Shown piece after piece: positions 20,356-30,478 of a stretch of DNA of 64,000 nucleotides. The notes beneath the pieces are model-generated. The model searched no databases, was not told the origin of the DNA, and saw nothing but the letters and a program-made list of their open reading frames with translations. The position numbers and the translations under genes were made by a program. Source of the DNA: Candidatus Yonathbacteria bacterium RIFCSPLOWO2_01_FULL_47_33b. Lineage in GTDB: Bacteria; Patescibacteriota; Minisyncoccia; Phycocordibacterales; UBA1550. Position 1 is the first letter of the stretch, and every line of letters starts with the position of its first letter. The stretch is from positions 2,099-66,098 of the forward strand of contig MHUW01000016.1 of the NCBI GenBank assembly GCA_001823575.1, read 5' to 3'.

Positions 20356-20372
20356 AGGATAGTTAAAGGTGA

Positions 20373-20558
20373 TTAACGAACGATGACCAATTTCTTGATA
20401 AGTGAGGTGAAGAGTGCGTCAAATGCCCCGAGGTAAATCGAGGTAAGGATAGAGATTACGATAACAAGCACCGTAAAAGCGACCGCCTGGCGGCGCGTAG
20501 GCCACACTACGTGGGTCAACTCTCCTTTTGTGTCGCGTAAATATTGAATGAATGCCAT
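20373..20558 (-). CDS. secE: Preprotein translocase subunit SecE
   Basis: ELTHVVWPT followed by one TM; lies directly upstream of nusG. Confidence 0.92.
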   Translation of the reverse strand: MAFIQYLRDTKGELTHVVWPTRRQAVAFTVLVIVISILTSIYLGAFDALFTSLIKKLVIVR

Positions 20559-20670
20559 ATTTCTTGGTTGTTGCGCTGTGGCGCTTAGCCCTCCCATTTA
20601 AAAAACCGCCCCGCAGGGCTTTATTTCATAATACTCTTCCAATCGAAAAAAGTCAACCATGCCGACCATA

Positions 20671-20702
20671 AAAAACACCCCGCGAGCAAGCCCGCGGGGT
20701 GT
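20671..20702 (-). terminator. Intrinsic terminator
   Basis: ACACCCCGCG/CGCGGGGTGT stem with an A-run on the plus strand. Confidence 0.7.
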
Positions 20703-20716
20703 AAATACTGCAAATT

Positions 20717-21496
20717 TCAAGCATTTCCGTGATAATCAACAACCGTGGAACGGTGGGATGAATGCTTCATACCAGCACCTGATTGCATCTGGCGATGATT
20801 TGCGATGATATCCGTGAGGAATTCCCACATCTTTTGACAATCACCAGCATGCGAACCCTTGAAGTCGGGAGTGCATTCCCTTTCGAGGGTGCTGTGGTAC
20901 AAAAACGTCCCCGGCCGGCTATAAGTACCGAGAGGATGTTCGTAGTCAACAGAAACGAGTTCCACCAAGGATGCCTGCCGTGCGCCCACGAAACGAGAAG
21001 TGCTTAGTTTTACCCGAAACACCGCCCGCTTGTCTTGCGCGTCAAAACAATACACACCCGACAACCCTGACATGAAATCCTCAACGGAGGCCGAGGTTTT
21101 CATGTCCTCCTTATGCTTCTGTTCAGGAGTGGGTTTCGCCTTGAGTACGGTTTTGATTCCCGCCGCAACAAAGACGCCGTGCAAAAAGTTCCAGATGCGC
21201 TGTTGCTCCAACCATTTGGTAGACCCCTCACGCAACCGGGAACGAAACTCACCCAGGTGCAACTGAGCCACAGTGATATACACATCCGATTCGTCAATCC
21301 CGTAGAGCTCGGTGCCTTGTGGTGCCGCAAGAAGATGCACAACCTTCACCTTGCGGTCGTCAGGCATTTTCTTTGTCCTGACCTCAAATCGCATCCCTGC
21401 GATCTCTACCGGCCCGCTCCAACTGTTCCAGATAACGATAGGGTCTGTTTGAACTGGCACTCTTCCTTCTCCGCCTTGATTCTGAATGGAAGTCAT
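20717..21496 (-). CDS. Hypothetical protein with apparent internal duplication
   Basis: GAGAGG SD and its own promoter; the two halves end in QRIWNFL and QKMWEFL. Confidence 0.7.
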   Translation of the reverse strand: MTSIQNQGGEGRVPVQTDPIVIWNSWSGPVEIAGMRFEVRTKKMPDDRKVKVVHLLAAPQGTELYGIDESDVYITVAQLHLGEFRSRLREGSTKWLEQQRIWNFLHGVFVAAGIKTVLKAKPTPEQKHKEDMKTSASVEDFMSGLSGVYCFDAQDKRAVFRVKLSTSRFVGARQASLVELVSVDYEHPLGTYSRPGTFLYHSTLERECTPDFKGSHAGDCQKMWEFLTDIIANHRQMQSGAGMKHSSHRSTVVDYHGNA

Positions 21497-21598
21497 GGTT
21501 CTGTCCTCTCAAAAAAGTTGAAATATGCTGCCAAGGTACTACCAACTGCTAAATAAAGTATAGCAAATTATTATGCTTTTGTCAATAGCACTCAACCT

Positions 21599-21714
21599 TA
21601 GAGCGAGGTTCTTCGGTTTGAAATGCCTTGCGCAAGCGCGACGGCGCGAGCAGAGCAAATTTTTAGTAAAAAATTATGCGTGCAATTCAAACTGAACGGA
21701 CCGAGTGGCCTCTA
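21599..21714. repeat. MITE/REP-like element with imperfect terminal inverted repeats
   Basis: Ends TAGAG...CTCTA; inner pair TTCGGTTTGAA/TTCAAACTGAA; GC-rich internal hairpins. Confidence 0.5.
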
Positions 21715-22512
21715 TCGTATCTCGTACGTCACGGTCACCTGCGAGGTAATCTTTTGCTCGCCTTGTGGAATCTCTGGGAGACTTGGCGCTGGTGATGCAT
21801 CGACTTTTTCGGCACTCATCATCGTGCGCGCATAAATGGGATAGTTCTGCCCTTCAGAGAACGACACGACACGCACGAGGGATACACCGAGATCACGAGC
21901 AAGCACTTCTGCTTTGGTGCGTGCTTTTTCTATCGCCTGCTTGCGTGCTTCTGCTTTGAGGGTGTCCTCCTTGTCGATGGCAAAGTTTGGCCCCTGCATA
22001 TCGGTTACCCCTGCGGTTCCCAACGCCTCGATGATCGCGCTCGTTGTGTCGAGGTCACGCACGGTAACCGTCACTGACTGTGAGACCTCGTACCCAATGA
22101 GCACCTGGCGGCCAGGCTGTGGTGGCGGACAATTCAGCCCCATGCATGAATACGTTGCTTCGTGCCATTCATACTTTGGATATGAACTATAGTTCTCTGT
22201 CTTGATATCTTTGTCGGCAACACCAAGTTTGCGCACCGCCGCAAGTGCGGCCTTTGTCTTCACATCTACTTTATTCTGCGCGTCAGCAACTTTTTTTGCT
22301 TCTTCACGCACACTGAATGATACCGTCGCGATGTCGGGCGATGCGGTCACTTCCCCTTCACCAGAGACTGAAATAGTGTTCGTTGCGGCTACGCCACCAC
22401 CGATAAAGCGATACCCTTTGATTTCTGAAACAACCATCGCTCCCACGAGCACCACCGTGATGAGGGTGAGCACCGTAAGCGCTTGGTACAATTTTGTTTT
22501 GCTGTCTTCCAT
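21712..22512 (-). CDS. SIMPL (DUF541) domain protein
   Basis: ISVSGEGEV..SPDIA, ARTKAEVLA and QVTVTYEI motifs. Confidence 0.92.
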   Translation of the reverse strand: MEDSKTKLYQALTVLTLITVVLVGAMVVSEIKGYRFIGGGVAATNTISVSGEGEVTASPDIATVSFSVREEAKKVADAQNKVDVKTKAALAAVRKLGVADKDIKTENYSSYPKYEWHEATYSCMGLNCPPPQPGRQVLIGYEVSQSVTVTVRDLDTTSAIIEALGTAGVTDMQGPNFAIDKEDTLKAEARKQAIEKARTKAEVLARDLGVSLVRVVSFSEGQNYPIYARTMMSAEKVDASPAPSLPEIPQGEQKITSQVTVTYEIR

Positions 22513-22526
22513 GGTATGTATAAAAA

Positions 22527-22907
22527 TTATTCTTTAAACACATCTCCGACCTGGCGCAAAATAGCGTCAATCGAATAGTCTGACTTAATAATATACCCGC
22601 GCACCCCGAGCTCAACTCCCTCACTCATCTTTTCAAGGTCGGAGAGCTGCGTCTCTACAATCACCGGAGTCTCCTGTCCCCAATCCTCGGCACGAAGCTT
22701 TTTCAAGAACTCGATGCCGGTAACTTTCGGCATCATGAGGTCAAGCATGATGAGATCCGGTTTCTCGCGTGAGGCAACCTCAAAACCCTCTTCCCCATCA
22801 AAGGCAGTCACGACCTCATATTTCCCTTGCCCTCCAGCGACCAGTCCGTCACGAAGAATCTTTGAGAAAATCTTGTCATCATCAATAATCAATATTTTTT
22901 TCATCAT
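22527..22907 (-). CDS. Single-domain response regulator
   Basis: ILIIDDD, PDLIMLDLMMP and YIIK motifs. Confidence 0.95.
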   Translation of the reverse strand: MMKKILIIDDDKIFSKILRDGLVAGGQGKYEVVTAFDGEEGFEVASREKPDLIMLDLMMPKVTGIEFLKKLRAEDWGQETPVIVETQLSDLEKMSEGVELGVRGYIIKSDYSIDAILRQVGDVFKE

Positions 22908-22914
22908 AAATATA

Positions 22915-24681
22915 TTATACCACCTCTAGCGGAAGCGTGAAATAAAAGGTGCTGCCTGAACCAAGCTTTGACCCCACCCCCACCGTACCCCCATGCGCCT
23001 CAACAATACCCTTCACAATGACGAGCCCCAGACCGGTTCCTTTATGTTCGGCCCCTTTACGTGCGGTTGAAGTAAACTGCGTGAACTTATTCCAAAGCTT
23101 ACCAACATTTTCGAGAGAGATACCTTCGCCCGTATCAGTGACGGCAACCACCACACTTTTTGCTAGGTTTGCGGTGCTTTTTTCTGCTGACTCAGCGAAC
23201 CACGGCATACCAAAGCGCAACGCCTCAGCGCCAATCTCGGTTCCCTGCGTATGCAAGAAGCACTCTGCGGTCACGGTGCCACCCTTGGGGGTATATTTGA
23301 GGGCGTTAGAGAGGAGGTTGTTCACGATTTGTGCGGTCCTCTTGGTATCCATCGAAACCACATCAGGAACCCCTTCACCGAGAGAGATTTTAAGCGCGAC
23401 AGAGGCATCACGCGCCGTCGTGTCAAAGAACTTTACTCGTTCAACTAAAAGTTCTTTGATGTTTCCCGGCTGGCGGTCGACCTCAAACTTCCCCGCCTCG
23501 AGCTTCGACACATCGAGGAGGTCGTTCACGAGGTCGAGCATTGACGACGAGCTGTCGTAGAGCATTCCCGCGTACTCGGTCGAAGCCTCTTTGTCTTCGA
23601 GAATCTTTGACGACTTCATGAGTTCGCCGATCTTTTTAATATTACCGAGTGGTGAACGAAGTTCGTGAACCATCATGGAGGTAAAATCACTGCGCATTTT
23701 TTCGGCCTCTTTTTCGTGCGTGATGTCATGAAAAATAATGACGCCGCCAAGGACTTGCCCCTTCATTGCCCCTTGGTTTGATTTCACGGGTGATAAAAGA
23801 ATTTGATAATACTTGTCGCCCAAAACAGCGCCATCAAGCGTGATCATCTTGTCGAGCTTGATAGACTCTTCAAGCTTTTCCTGAAGGTTGAAGATATTTT
23901 TGAACTTTTCAACAATATCAAACATGGTGGGCTCGCCTGTCGGTGTATATCCGACAATAGCTCGCGCTGAAGGGTTCATGGCAACAATATGATAATCACG
24001 GTCAGTCATGACCACTCCCTCGACCATACTTTCGAGCATGGCGATTATTTTCCCCTGCTCTGTTTTCACCACCTCACCCAAGCTTGTCACCGCCTGCGAG
24101 GCTTGGTTCACGATCTTGTAAAGAATCGCCATTTCTTCTTCTTTGTAGAGCCCTGCTTTTGTGTGCGCAATGGTCAACACCCCCACAAGCTGTCCGCCAA
24201 TGACCAGTGGAATATTAAAAAAGGACTGCACCAGCTCATCGACATCGTCGAGCATAATAGCCCCCGTGAGGGTTTCCTCTATCTGCATGTCAGCAAGAGG
24301 TCGCCCCAAAAGCGCCTCAAGCGACCCGAGCATTCGCCCACGAATATCCTTTATAAACTGCGGCGAAACCGACTGATCAAGGTCTGCTTTGAATATAATC
24401 TTTGATGGCTCGAGGAGCATGTAGGACGCCGCGCTATACTCAATGAACTGTCGCAAAGACCCCGCGATAACATCGAGTATCTTTTGAATATTCAGTGAGT
24501 ACCCGGTGCGGTCCGAGATTTCTTTTAGGATAGCGATCTCGTACAAACGGTGCTTGATCTCACGCTCTTTTGCTTCGATCTCGCGTCTAACCCTTCGAGC
24601 CCACCAATACGAAAGAGCGACCACAATAACATAAAGTCCTATCAATCCGACAGCCAGGGGGAGTAACTCGCGAGGAAACAT
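22915..24681 (-). CDS. Sensor histidine kinase (1 TM, GAF, PAS, HisKA, HATPase)
   Basis: HELRSPL, NLLSNALKYT, DTGEGI and GTGLGL motifs. Confidence 0.95.
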   Translation of the reverse strand: MFPRELLPLAVGLIGLYVIVVALSYWWARRVRREIEAKEREIKHRLYEIAILKEISDRTGYSLNIQKILDVIAGSLRQFIEYSAASYMLLEPSKIIFKADLDQSVSPQFIKDIRGRMLGSLEALLGRPLADMQIEETLTGAIMLDDVDELVQSFFNIPLVIGGQLVGVLTIAHTKAGLYKEEEMAILYKIVNQASQAVTSLGEVVKTEQGKIIAMLESMVEGVVMTDRDYHIVAMNPSARAIVGYTPTGEPTMFDIVEKFKNIFNLQEKLEESIKLDKMITLDGAVLGDKYYQILLSPVKSNQGAMKGQVLGGVIIFHDITHEKEAEKMRSDFTSMMVHELRSPLGNIKKIGELMKSSKILEDKEASTEYAGMLYDSSSSMLDLVNDLLDVSKLEAGKFEVDRQPGNIKELLVERVKFFDTTARDASVALKISLGEGVPDVVSMDTKRTAQIVNNLLSNALKYTPKGGTVTAECFLHTQGTEIGAEALRFGMPWFAESAEKSTANLAKSVVVAVTDTGEGISLENVGKLWNKFTQFTSTARKGAEHKGTGLGLVIVKGIVEAHGGTVGVGSKLGSGSTFYFTLPLEVV

Positions 24682-24690
24682 AGAATTATA

Positions 24691-24960
24691 TTAACTCAAC
24701 TGCTTGATCGACGGATATTTGGTAAAGATTGGTCCAAGGGCATTCTTTACAATCTGCCCCGAAAGCTCGACGTAGGAGTCTATAAGTTTCTCAAGCGCGT
24801 CTGCGGGGTCACCATTCACCCCCATCACGAGGCCTTCTGGGGAGACTTCGAGCCCGTTGACCTTGCGCGCTCGCGCCACAGCCATATCAGGCCCCAAGAT
24901 AACACTTTGTTTGGCGATGATTTCCGCCATCATTGCTTTGTATTGTTCGTTTTGGTCCAT
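24691..24960 (-). CDS. Small hypothetical protein in the two-component operon
   Basis: 89-aa ORF with 9-11 bp gaps to both neighbours. Confidence 0.8.
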   Translation of the reverse strand: MDQNEQYKAMMAEIIAKQSVILGPDMAVARARKVNGLEVSPEGLVMGVNGDPADALEKLIDSYVELSGQIVKNALGPIFTKYPSIKQLS

Positions 24961-24971
24961 AGCAGTATTTA

Positions 24972-25361
24972 TTATTCTCCTTTAATAACCTTGAGGAGTT
25001 TGCTTGCCGCAATACCCATCACGATATACCCCACAATAAAGAGTGAGTCATGAACAAGCTTCAAATAGAGAGGTGAGATGTTAGAAAACCAAGGCATCTC
25101 GAGTACAATCCCCACAAAGACAAGGCTCATGCCGATACTAAAGTACGTGAGAACCTGACCCAAAACACCTCCGTGCATCTTGCGACCGCCAACCCACACC
25201 ATGGCGCTTGTAACAAATGCCACAATAAGCATCGACCAAAGAGAAATTGAAGAAAAGAGACCGGAATCATCGAGTGCCAAGAGTGTATCCGTCACTCCCG
25301 CAAACGCCACCGCAGGCAAAAGAACTAAACTTAATAATGCAAGATGCTTCATAGGACTCAT
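24972..25361 (-). CDS. Small multi-TM membrane protein
   Basis: Signal-like N-terminus plus three hydrophobic helices; start at MSPMKHL or the next Met. Confidence 0.75.
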   Translation of the reverse strand: MSPMKHLALLSLVLLPAVAFAGVTDTLLALDDSGLFSSISLWSMLIVAFVTSAMVWVGGRKMHGGVLGQVLTYFSIGMSLVFVGIVLEMPWFSNISPLYLKLVHDSLFIVGYIVMGIAASKLLKVIKGE

Positions 25362-25482
25362 AATATGATTACTGATAAATATGGTTTTATTATACCATAC
25401 TAGCAAGAATGCAAGCGAGGGTTCTTTTAGTAACCCCTCACGCACCTCTGTTTGTCATATAAAGGAAGATGGATTGCATTTA

Positions 25483-28400
25483 CTAATTCGTCTTCTGGTC
25501 GGGTATCGTCGTTGCACCCGTGCTCGTTGCGGTGTCACTTGGCGCAACTACGAGTGGCGCAGACGAAACGACATTTACCGTACGCTCTGCGGTCGTCGTG
25601 GCGTTGTTTTGGTCAACGACTGAATACACAATCGTGTGTATGCCTTCTACGGAAGTATCGAGACTTATCTGACTAATGTCCAACTCTGGTCCCCCGTCGA
25701 GCGATGCTTTGATGCCAAAGTTTTTAGCAGACTCCGGTGCGGTAATGAGTGCACCAAGGTCGCCGTAGATATCGCCGATACTGAGTGTGGCAGGGTTGTT
25801 ACCGTTTATGAAAATTATGATGGGGGTTGTCGTTGCCGTAGTGATCTCTGTCGTTAAGATACCACTCACCGTGGTATTGCCAGAAAGAAGCAAGTCTAAC
25901 TGATCTTTAGTAATACAGGTCTCATTCCCCGACTGTCCAACACAAATCTTTTCTTCAGCGTGAAATTCTTTTCCGCGAAATACCCTCGCAACGACCTCCC
26001 CAATTCCATTCGCCGTGTCCGCAAGCCACCCCGTCATCCGATCAAAGAACCTCCCTGCAAAAGTCTTGCCTCCTGTCGTATCAGTCATTGCCGTCGTCGT
26101 AGACGCAAGTCCTTCAAGATTGAGGTCAAGCTCCTTGAGTCCTTGCAGGGTTAAAATAGGGAGCATTGAGTAGTTGACCCCGAGGTAACCGTTTGAGGTG
26201 GTAGCTACCATCCCAGGGAGTACCCGTGCAACGTCCTGTGCGATCAGACCATAGTTGAGAGTAGTGGTGGAGTTATGGAGTTCGTTTCCTGCTATATCGT
26301 TCCAGTAGAATGTTGAAGGAGTGAGCTTGGTGAGGTCTGCCAAGACACTCCCCATCGGCTGGATGTTGGTCTTGAGGGTTGCGTCAGACGAACACACCCC
26401 CGTAAGCGCCGTACCCGCAAAGTTTTCCACACAACCGTTAGTTCCCGAGGTCCCCACACGAATGTCACCTACAACCTGCAAAGATTTTGCAGGTGCTGCG
26501 GTGCCGATGCCGACGTTGCCAGTGTTCCTTATGGTAAAGAGCGTCGTTGTTGCGCTTGCAGTTGAACTTGCAATCGCAAAGAGGGTAGTATTATTTTCAC
26601 CATTGTACGCATGCACGGAGAGTTTGGCGTACGGCGAAGTAGTCCCCATACCAATGCGTCCGCTGGATTCAATGAGTGATGGAGTATTGTTATCAAAAAG
26701 CTGTCCACCGGCAGCAACTGTGCGCGAGATACTGGTCCCATCCATTCGAGTTACATTGTACAAACGCACCACGGAATCCGCGGTCATATTCAAATCGACG
26801 CCGTATGTCCCACTCGTGTGATTGATGTTACCATTTCTTATGACTACATTCGCAGTACTAACATCAATCCCCCTCCCTGTGCCAGAAGAATTTTCGTCAA
26901 TAAGCGATAGATTGTTTATCTCATAGTCACCAATTGACCCTCCTGCCCCAATCACAATAGCTCCTTTTGTTGGATTGGGGCCGATGCCGTGCCTCACCGA
27001 AATATTATTCAAGATCTTTTTGTGGGTATTCCCGCCGGTTGAATAACTATTCATGTATACAAACAAAGCTTCATTATAACCATCGTTATCAATAGACAAA
27101 TTATCTACCCGAACATAGTCTCCAAACAGACGGAGTGCGTGCTCTACTTCTCCTTTAACAACAATATCTGATGCAACAATCCCTGAAAGCGAACCATTAT
27201 CAAAAATGATCGAATTAGAAGACCGCCATTCAATATTTTTAAGCCGCAGGAACGAAAGACCGTCATCTTGGTTTGGCCACAGATAGGTGTCTGAATCCCC
27301 ATTAATAAGTCGCACATGAGAAACAACATTCATGATAGAAAAGTAACCAAACAATGGAATTGCCAATGCTCCATTCATGGCAGGAAGAGTATCTGTAGTG
27401 CCTACGATGTGGTTATTCTGTCCATCAATGGTAATATCAGCTCCTTCGGGCAATCCAACGTCCAGCCCAAGGGGCGTTTCTGCGTCCAGCAATACAATTC
27501 TGTAACGCACCGGCCTTCGAATAACCAAAGGGACATTTGACTGCGATGCCCCAAAAATACCCGTCGCCAAGGTGATGTTCTCGGGGGTAATTGCAGCGTC
27601 AGTTCGCAAGATAGGATAGTTATGTGTGGTATTCTCGCCGCCAACTCCATCGAGAGCAACCATCGCATCATTAGTCACATAGAGAAGATCTCCTGATCGC
27701 ACATCTGCGTTAGCACTACACACCACGCGATTGCTTCCACTCGTCAGGGTACATGTAATCCCCGTATTGGTCACCGTGGTATAGGTATCTCGGGCGGAAA
27801 TATAATCCAACGCATCCTGAATTGTCGCAAAACGACCACCAGTACCTACGGTTAGAGTGTTTGCTGCCGTGGCGCCAACACACGTACCGTTTGCATCCTG
27901 GAAGCATCCCGAGGAAATTTGAATGCCGCCCGAAAATGTCGATGTAGATACACTCGTGCCGGTAAAATAGGACGACACAGTTTCGCCTACTACGGAGAGT
28001 GCGGCGTATGGTGATGTGGTGCCGATGCCGACCTTGCCGGTCGCACGATACACATCACTACCCGAAAGGGTCCAACTTCCGACTGAGCCACCAATAACCG
28101 AGCCTGCCCAATAAAGGTTGCCGGAGTTACTGTAGAGTCTGTTGGTGGTGACACTTGGTGCGGAGACATCGGCAAGGTAGGTGACACCATTCACCGCAAA
28201 GGTGTCTGAGGGGGTGGTGGTGCCGACACCGAGGGTGGTAAAGGAGCCCGTGGAGCCTACGAGATCACCCGACATGGAGCCACCTGCTGTAGGGAGGTAC
28301 CCCGCGATGGTTGTGCCGGTAATAGAAGCACCGGTGATGGTGGGCGACGAGAGGGTGACCGAAGAGAGGTTGTTGATGCGGTTCATTGGTGCCATCGCGA

Positions 28401-28919
28401 GGTAAAGGGCATTGTTGTCGGCCACTGCTTGGGTTTTGCCTCTCGCAATCTCGTTTAAAAGTTCACTACGGAGAGCGGTAATCTGAGTTTCAAGGTCAGC
28501 GGCTGTAATACCGGAAAGAACGCGTGTGTTTGTCGTAGGAGCAGGAGTAACGACGACTTGAGCCGTAGGTCGAGTAGGTGTCATCGACTTGGGAGTCGAA
28601 CTCCCAAGTGATGCTGGCTGTGGTGCGCGTGCTTGCGGAGTTACGGGAAGGGTTGTCGCTGGTTGAACTGGAACAAAGTCCCGACCTTCGGGAGTACCCG
28701 CAAGATCGGGACTTTCAGATGTAGGTGTATTAAAAAGATTATTCCAGAAATCTTGTACCGCGGTGTACACCGAGGCAGCTTGTGTTCGCAATGGAGACAA
28801 AAGTCTGCTTTGCGCAGGTGTAGGAGTTTCTGCTGCAAAACTTACGGGAGACTTATAGAGTACCCCCCCCCGAGGATGAGTGACAACGTAAGGACAAAAA
28901 TAACTCTGCGAGGGTTCAT
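25483..28919 (-). CDS. Large tail-fibre-like surface protein (beta-helix, S74-type chaperone, C-terminal Ig-like), frameshifted at a G9 tract
   Basis: G(I/V/M)GTTxP repeats, SDATLKTNI chaperone start, C-terminal INGNNP...AERTVNV; signal peptide from ATG 28919 is out of frame with the 25483-28800 ORF. Confidence 0.8.
28863..28871 (-). repeat. Homopolymer G9 (C9 on plus strand) in the signal-peptide coding region
   Basis: Plus strand TACCCCCCCCCGAGG. Confidence 0.9.
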
Positions 28920-29075
28920 ATATATGAGTATACTAAATGCGTATGACGGGTGCAAGAAAAATTATTTTTTGCACCCATCTACGTAACCCTCCTTTCTTGT
29001 TTCTCGCTAACACGTATTCTAAGTCATGACTACAAATAGGTTACGAAAAGGATACATCTCATAGCCATAGTAATA

Positions 29076-30413
29076 TTACTTCCCCCCTAGGATGCGGCGC
29101 GTTGCTTCCTTGTAGGTCTCCACATTCGGCTGATCAAAAGCGTTGATGTTAAGGAGGTTTGCCAAATGCATCACCATACACATTTCGAACTGAAGGAGCG
29201 CACCGAGTGACTCGAGAGTGAGGTCAGGGAGCTCTATTTCGGCAAACTGCACGCCGCGAGTACGGTATGCCTCTTTTACGCCCTCGTAGATTGCGTCCAT
29301 AATATGGCATGGGGCGCGCCCAGCAAGACCGGGAACAAGGGGCGCAAATACACGATCAGAAGCGAGGAATTCATGCTCCCAATGTGGCGCATTTACTCGT
29401 ACGAGCGTCCGAGCAACAAGAGATGGAAATGCGAGATGCATTTGTTCCGCCGAATGGAGGTCTGTTGAACCGATAGACACCGTAGGTATCATGCGGTGCG
29501 TTGTTGAGGTGCCGTTCTTGGCGGTTTCCTTGCCGAGTGATTCCGCAAAAAGCTGTCGGTACCATTTTCCTAAACTTTCAAACTCTGGTTGAAACAAAAA
29601 CATGTCGAAGACAAGGGCACCGTTTTCGTTCCATGCGAGCACATCTTCAGCGGCACGATATGCGTTACTTTCCACACCACGCTCCACAGAGTCATGCACC
29701 GCCTCTTGTGCACCTTTGAGCATGCGGTCGACTTCGAGCCCCACACAGAGAAGCGGGAAAATACCGACAGGTGAGAAAACTGAATAGCGCCCTCCCACCA
29801 TTTTAGGTATCGGCAAGAGATGAAACCCCTGCTTCTCCCCTGTTTGCCACAGCACCGACCCTTCGTCCGTAATACAGACAATACGGGAAGAAAGCGAGCC
29901 AAGTTTTTGTTCGAGGGCCGTGATTAAAACCGATGCGTTGACGATGGTTTCAGTCGTTGTACCCGACTTGCTTGCTACCACAATAATAAGTTCTTCGGGT
30001 GAAATGATTTCATTTACCAAAATCTCGGTGATGTCAGAGAGGATTTCTGGGGAACACGTATCAGCAAAAAGCATTTTGGGAGCAAACGGGCTGTGAGCAT
30101 CAAGCGTGCCGAAGATCGCTTCGTATACCGCTTTGGTACCCAAATTAGAACCTCCGATACCAATAGTGACCACGTAGTTAAGTTTTGGGCCAGCAAGCTT
30201 TGCCGCCAAGACCCGCGACTTTTCATACAGCACACTATCAAACGGTAGCCGGAGCGACGCTTCGGGAAGCTTGTAAGAACTGTCGCTCATCGCCGCCCGC
30301 ATCGTGGCAGCATACTCCGTTGCTCGGGCGTGGCCTGCCTGAGCGTTGCTCGCAGTCAGGTCACTTACACCCTGTTCCCCACGGTCATTTTTTGCAGAAC
30401 TTTGGTATTTCAT
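29076..30413 (-). CDS. pgi: Glucose-6-phosphate isomerase
   Basis: IGIGGSNLG, SKSGTTTET, VGGRYSV, QLFAESLGK and FDQPNVE motifs. Confidence 0.95.
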   Translation of the reverse strand: MKYQSSAKNDRGEQGVSDLTASNAQAGHARATEYAATMRAAMSDSSYKLPEASLRLPFDSVLYEKSRVLAAKLAGPKLNYVVTIGIGGSNLGTKAVYEAIFGTLDAHSPFAPKMLFADTCSPEILSDITEILVNEIISPEELIIVVASKSGTTTETIVNASVLITALEQKLGSLSSRIVCITDEGSVLWQTGEKQGFHLLPIPKMVGGRYSVFSPVGIFPLLCVGLEVDRMLKGAQEAVHDSVERGVESNAYRAAEDVLAWNENGALVFDMFLFQPEFESLGKWYRQLFAESLGKETAKNGTSTTHRMIPTVSIGSTDLHSAEQMHLAFPSLVARTLVRVNAPHWEHEFLASDRVFAPLVPGLAGRAPCHIMDAIYEGVKEAYRTRGVQFAEIELPDLTLESLGALLQFEMCMVMHLANLLNINAFDQPNVETYKEATRRILGGK

Positions 30414-30478
30414 TCTTCTATTGTACACGAGAACGAATACTTCCCAAACACCACAAACTTTGCTACCATACACGTATT

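Noticed and set aside
20560-20630. tRNA-Trp or riboswitch upstream of secE
   Set aside because: No cloverleaf; only two short stems, too weak to call
25483-28800. Prophage
   Set aside because: Tail-fibre-like domains only; no capsid, terminase or portal genes, and the flanks are cellular genes
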